Shown here: positions 63,247 through 64,000 of the stretch, piece after piece | Position numbering within the stretch: the first letter of the stretch is position 1 | How the letters are laid out: every line of letters begins with the position of its first letter | DNA from: Halocafeteria seosinensis | Lineage: Eukaryota | DNA: 64,000 nt | Direction of reading: 5' to 3' | NCBI GenBank assembly: GCA_001687465.1 | Contig: LVLI01000241.1 | Location: 1 to 64,000, forward strand | Program-made: the position numbers and the translations under genes | The notes under the pieces: generated by a model | Told to the model about the DNA's origin: nothing | The model's input: the letters and a program-made list of their open reading frames with translations, nothing else | Database searches by the model: none

Positions 63247-63691
63247 ACGACCTTGACGAATCCGAGCACCTACTCATCCACTCAACCATAGCAAACAGTC
63301 CCCTGTATCTGCAAATATGGGGCTTAGTTTAGGTAGAAACCAGGTTGTTGGGGGCCTGTATTTGAACTCGTAATACTATTCCCAGGCGCTCTAGTAGATC
63401 GATCCTTCCAGAAGAGAGAGAGAGACACACAAAGGCCCCGGTCAAATCATCTTAGATTAAAGATTGTAGTACACCTCTACCTGTATAGAGGGGGCCACTT
63501 TCGTTCCAAGACCAGTTTAACGGGCATCACAACCTGATTCACAAACCAATTTTGTGAAGCTCAGACTCCCATACGGTATGGGCCATACCAAGCTGCATGG
63601 AAATGGAGAGGGATGCAACGCATTGCAATGAGCCATAATACAAACACTGGGTTTTATCTTCTTTCTTTTGGACGAAGAGAGACCACGTACG

Positions 63692-63952
63692 ATGTCTCGT
63701 GTTGAGGCCTGGATTCGACGGTACTTGGCAGGTTCAAACCCTTCCCAAGCCACCATTATCCAACGAAAGCGTATTTTTTTTCACACGTTAGTGTGGTTCC
63801 CTACTTTCACGTTTGCGGGTATAGTCGGGTACACTAAGTACTCTATGTTCAAAAGTGAGCAACGACGGAAGCGACATGAGCAAGAAATTCGGGAGCATGA
63901 GACCAGGAAACAGGAGGCTAAGGAGAAGTTCCGGAAGGCTCTAGAGGACTGA
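63692..63952 (+). CDS. Small single-TM protein with C-terminal coiled coil (86 aa)
   Basis: MSRVEAWIRRYL...IFFHTLVWFPTFTFAGIVGY...EQEIREHETRKQEAKEKFRKALED; protein-like composition. Confidence 0.65.
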   Translation: MSRVEAWIRRYLAGSNPSQATIIQRKRIFFHTLVWFPTFTFAGIVGYTKYSMFKSEQRRKRHEQEIREHETRKQEAKEKFRKALED

Positions 63953-64000
63953 AACTCGAATGAACTTTTCACCTGTGTATTTTTCACTTAAATACCGGAA

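Overview
Compact, intron-rich eukaryotic genomic DNA (mostly 55-95 nt GT-AG introns, short intergenic spacers). It is probably a protist; the EFL gene, DLG-type NDR kinase and EF-hand NCL exchanger would fit a stramenopile, but that is inference. About 20 protein genes can be supported: eIF2A, MRE11, an ER-type glutaredoxin, a divergent EFL GTPase, a ZIP11-like transporter, p24/TMED10, an HPS5/TECPR2-like propeller fused to ~10 IQ motifs, a double GST-N/thioredoxin-fold protein, FAN1, peroxiredoxin-5, NDR kinase, NCL, FIS1 and several hypotheticals. Highlights: (1) a ~4575-aa single-pass receptor-like protein (propeller-FN3-EGF-PSI-CUB ectodomain) fused to a cytoplasmic RING-like domain that has lost one zinc site; (2) an unannotated Cys-rich/QP-rich gene family at 1-4633, invisible in the ORF track, with a conserved 7-nt micro-exon, present as an inverted ~99% identical duplicate, a tandem paralog and a decayed fragment; (3) a candidate H/ACA-like structured RNA. 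No rRNA, tRNA, CRISPR array or recognisable transposase was found. All family calls come from motif recognition by eye; no searches were run.
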